From Candidatus Hydrogenedentota bacterium (lineage in GTDB: Bacteria > Hydrogenedentota > Hydrogenedentia > Hydrogenedentales > JAEUWI01): DNA of 64,000 nt. A program made the translations under genes and the position numbers. The notes under the pieces are model-generated. The model saw nothing but the letters and a program-made list of their open reading frames with translations, did not search any database and was not told where the DNA came from. Position 1 is the first letter of the stretch. Each line of letters starts with the position of its first letter. Location: NCBI GenBank assembly GCA_034669905.1, contig JAXMOL010000033.1, positions 1-64,000 on the forward strand. Direction: 5' to 3'. Positions 61,074 through 64,000 of the stretch are shown here, piece after piece.

Positions 61074-62438
61074 CTAGCGCGCGCACCACGCCGTCAGACT
61101 CGCCTCCAATATCCCCAGCGCTTCGTCCATTTCTTCGCGACTGATCGTGAGGGGCGGCACGAGGGTCAAGATATTGCCCATGCTCACCTTGAAGCTCAGT
61201 CCCCGGGAGAGGCAGCCATAGAGCACCTGCTCCGCCGCTTCCGTGGCCCGCGCACCCGTCTTGGGGTCCTTTAATTCCACCCCCATCAACAGCCCCAGCC
61301 CGCGTACATCGCCGATGATGGGGAAGGTGGCTTGCATTTCGCGGAGCCGCGTCATCGCATAGTCACCCATGGCCGTGGCCTGTTTCAGCAGGCTTTCCGA
61401 TTCAATAGTCTCGATGGTGGCCAGGGCGGCGGCGCAGGCCACGGGACTCTTCTCGTGGGTGTAGTGGCCCAGCGCACGGTCGGCCATGGCGGTGTTGAGT
61501 TCTTCCCGGGCGATGAGGGCCGCAAGGGGAAAAATGCCGCCGCCAAGGCCCTTGCCAATGACCACCATGTCGGGCACTACGTCGTAGTGTTCGTGAACGA
61601 AGTAGGCACCCGTCCGCCCGAGGCACGTGGGGATTTCATCTAGTATGAGGAGCGCCCCATGGCGGTCGCAGGCGGCCCGCACTTTTTTCCAATAGTCGCG
61701 GGGCGGAATATAGGGCGAGCTGCGCACCGTCTCTGCGATGACCGCCGCCACATCGCCTTCCTTCTCCAAGACGTACTCGATGTAGTCCGCACACTGAAGG
61801 TTGCACACCGTGCCACAGTTAAAGGGACAGCCTGTGGGGTCGGGCGGGGGGACGTGCTCCGTGCCGGGGAGGAGGGGTCCCATGCCGTTGCGGAAAATCG
61901 CCTCACCGCCAATGGAGATGGCATCCAACGAGGCCCCATGAAAGGAATCCCACAGGGAGATGGTTTTGTGCCGCCCGGTAGCCGCCCGGGCGAGTTTGAG
62001 GGCCATGCCGATGGCCGCCGTTCCGCCCGGTGCAAAGAGGACGCGGTTGAGATCGCCCGGCGCTTTTTCCACCAGTTTCTTCGCCAGCGCGATAGCGGAG
62101 CGGTTGGTGTAGCGCCGGGGACAAAAGGGGAGCTCGGCGAGCTGCTGTTGGATGGCCGCCACGACGCGGGGATGGCCGTAGCCCACCTGGTGGACCGAGT
62201 TGCCGTGAAAATCGAGGATCTTCCGCCCCTCCACATCGTGGAGGTAACTGCCGTCGCACCCATCAAGGGCGTTCAGGCAGGGCGTGGAGAGGGACTGGTG
62301 CAGAAAGTAGCGGGCGTCCTCCGCCAACAGGGCCTCGGTATCTTCGTGCAGATGGGTGGCGGCCCACTCCGACCGGGCAGGCGACAGGTTGAGGTCACCT
62401 TCCGAGCGGAGCTGGTCCAGGGAGTCATGGTCCGTCAT
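61074..62438 (-). CDS. pbfA: Class III PLP enzyme, PbfA-like (R)-1-hydroxy-2-aminoethylphosphonate ammonia-lyase
   Basis: SEGDLNLSPAR, FLHQSLSTPCL, DFHGNSVHQ, WDSFHGASLDAISIGGE, GHYTHEKSP, GLSFKVS. Confidence 0.8.
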   Translation of the reverse strand: MTDHDSLDQLRSEGDLNLSPARSEWAATHLHEDTEALLAEDARYFLHQSLSTPCLNALDGCDGSYLHDVEGRKILDFHGNSVHQVGYGHPRVVAAIQQQLAELPFCPRRYTNRSAIALAKKLVEKAPGDLNRVLFAPGGTAAIGMALKLARAATGRHKTISLWDSFHGASLDAISIGGEAIFRNGMGPLLPGTEHVPPPDPTGCPFNCGTVCNLQCADYIEYVLEKEGDVAAVIAETVRSSPYIPPRDYWKKVRAACDRHGALLILDEIPTCLGRTGAYFVHEHYDVVPDMVVIGKGLGGGIFPLAALIAREELNTAMADRALGHYTHEKSPVACAAALATIETIESESLLKQATAMGDYAMTRLREMQATFPIIGDVRGLGLLMGVELKDPKTGARATEAAEQVLYGCLSRGLSFKVSMGNILTLVPPLTISREEMDEALGILEASLTAWCAR

Positions 62439-62536
62439 GGCAGGGCGCTTTCGGTTGAAGGATGCAGCATGGCTACAGCGTAATAAACCGATTGAATAGC
62501 AAGTCAAGTTTCTAACGAGTATCAAAGATACGCTGC

Positions 62537-62621
62537 GGGTGCCACCCTTACGCGGAGGAGCGAAGCGGGGGAGCTTATGGGTGCGGGGTGCCACGGGCAA
62601 GCCCCGGAGGGCTCGCCCGTG
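62537..62621. repeat. 48 bp REP-like unit followed by a GTGCCACGGGCA..GCCCGTG palindrome
   Basis: 62537-62584 is the reverse complement of 40456-40503; the second part resembles 36736-36769. Confidence 0.85.
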
Positions 62622-62629
62622 TCCCAGTC

Positions 62630-63793
62630 CTACACGCGCACCACCGCTTCCGAACCCACCACCTGCTGGACCAAGGCGTCCAGATCATCACCATCCACCG
62701 CACCCGGCACCGTGTCCGCAAAGCGTACGAAGGCTTCGTAGAGCCGGTCACGGTCACCCTCACCGACCACGTGGCCCCGTTGGCGCGCCATATGGACCAC
62801 GGCGTTGCGGCCCGACCGTGCCGTCAAGACGAAGTCGTGGCCCGCCCGCCCGATGAGCTCCGGGGCGACAAACTGATAGTTTTCCGCGGCTTTCAAGATG
62901 CCGTCCTGATGGATTCCCGAACTGTGGGTGAAGGCATTGCCCCCCACGATGGCACGGTTGGGCTGGATGGGCACCCCGGTGACGGCGGCCACCTGGGCGC
63001 TGATGGCACGGAGCTGGTCCAACTGAATGCCCGAATCCGCCACGTCTTTCAACGCGAGGATCACGGCAATTTCTTCCAGCGCCGTGTTGCCTGCCCGTTC
63101 GCCAATGCCATTGACCGTGCACTCCACCTGGCGCGCACCGGCCTTCACGGCGGCGAGGGCATTGGCCGTCGCGAGGCCCATGTCGTTGTGGCAGTGGGCC
63201 GACACGATAACGTCGGGACCGAGAAATTGGACCATGTCATAAATCATGGGGCCAAACTCATCGGGTGTCATGCAGCCCACCGTGTCTGCAATGTTGATGC
63301 GCGTGGCACCGGCTTCCACCGCCGTGAGGGCGCATTGGCGGAGGAACACCGGGTCGCTCCGCGTGGCATCTTCCAGACTGAACTGGACCTCGCGGGACCA
63401 CCGCCGTGCCCGTTGGACGCTTCGCGTGATAATGCCCAACAACGTCGCCCGACTGACCCCCAACTTGTGGGTCATGTGGATGTCGGAGCTGCCAATCACC
63501 AGGTGCATGACCGGGTGGGTGGCTTCCTGCAGGGCTTCGCCGGCCGCATCGATATCCCTGTCGACACAGCGGGACAAGGCGGCCACTTCCGCACCCTGCA
63601 CGGCCTGGGCAATGGTACGGACCGCCATACTATCACCGGGGGACGACGCGGGGAAACCCGCTTCAATGGTCGCCACCCCCAGGGCCTCCAGGGCCACGGC
63701 GATGGCACATTTTTCCTGAATGTCTATATGAACTCCGGGCGTCTGTTCGCCATCGCGGAGTGTGGTGTCTAAAACCCGAATTTTCTTTCGCAT
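62630..63793 (-). CDS. leuA: 2-isopropylmalate synthase, short form without C-terminal regulatory domain
   Basis: DTTLRDGEQ, EAGFP, HCHNDMG, GIGERAGN, HSSGIHQDG; only 387 aa. Confidence 0.8.
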   Translation of the reverse strand: MRKKIRVLDTTLRDGEQTPGVHIDIQEKCAIAVALEALGVATIEAGFPASSPGDSMAVRTIAQAVQGAEVAALSRCVDRDIDAAGEALQEATHPVMHLVIGSSDIHMTHKLGVSRATLLGIITRSVQRARRWSREVQFSLEDATRSDPVFLRQCALTAVEAGATRINIADTVGCMTPDEFGPMIYDMVQFLGPDVIVSAHCHNDMGLATANALAAVKAGARQVECTVNGIGERAGNTALEEIAVILALKDVADSGIQLDQLRAISAQVAAVTGVPIQPNRAIVGGNAFTHSSGIHQDGILKAAENYQFVAPELIGRAGHDFVLTARSGRNAVVHMARQRGHVVGEGDRDRLYEAFVRFADTVPGAVDGDDLDALVQQVVGSEAVVRV

Positions 63794-63871
63794 GCTGCAC
63801 TTTCCATAGTAGTCGGTTAAGGGATACTCAAACGGCGCGTGATGGGGTGCGTAGCAGGCGATGGAATCGGG

Positions 63872-63892
63872 TTACCGCAGTTCCACGTCCAT
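63872..63892 (-). other. Mini-ORF MDVELR with strong RBS in the leuA leader
   Basis: AGGAGG 8 nt upstream of ATG GAC GTG GAA CTG CGG TAA. Confidence 0.4.
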
Positions 63893-63945
63893 ATTACGTC
63901 CCTCCTTTCTAACGTTGTGTTTTCGGGGGGCCATCCCCGATAAAC

Positions 63946-63979
63946 AAAAAAAATGGCCACGGGCGTGTAGCCCGTGGCC
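63946..63979 (-). terminator. Terminator/attenuator hairpin upstream of leuA
   Basis: GGCCACGGGC-tacac-GCCCGTGGCC followed by A and T8 on the minus strand. Confidence 0.8.
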
Positions 63980-64000
63980 TCTATACAAACCCCAGTGGGG

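Overview
GC-rich bacterial chromosomal window. The (Gly-Glu)n linkers, DUF1501/DUF1549-DUF1553 genes and ELWxxDGT proteins suggest a Hydrogenedentota- or PVC-like organism (inference only). It opens with a 5S rRNA gene and terminator and holds about 40 credible CDSs: large secreted multidomain enzymes, transporters, ahcY, an ECF sigma factor fused to ankyrin repeats, an intact Phd/ParE toxin-antitoxin pair, an orphan antitoxin with a toxin remnant, a surface-glycan locus (gmd, rmd-like, rfaE-like, GT9, asnB, GT-C), pbfA and a short leuA. Intergenic regions carry many REP-like inverted-repeat families, a 1 kb mosaic repeat array and a (TGAAGGG)12 tract. The best candidate for an undescribed system is a translationally coupled two-gene operon at 2994-4981 (- strand). 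It encodes a wHTH-nucleotidyltransferase-like protein and a type IIG (Eco57I-like) restriction-modification-like protein, both with intact frames but apparently no catalytic motifs. It lies behind an AT-rich region with helically phased NrdR-box-like motifs and next to the repeat array. All family calls come from motif recognition by eye; no searches were run.
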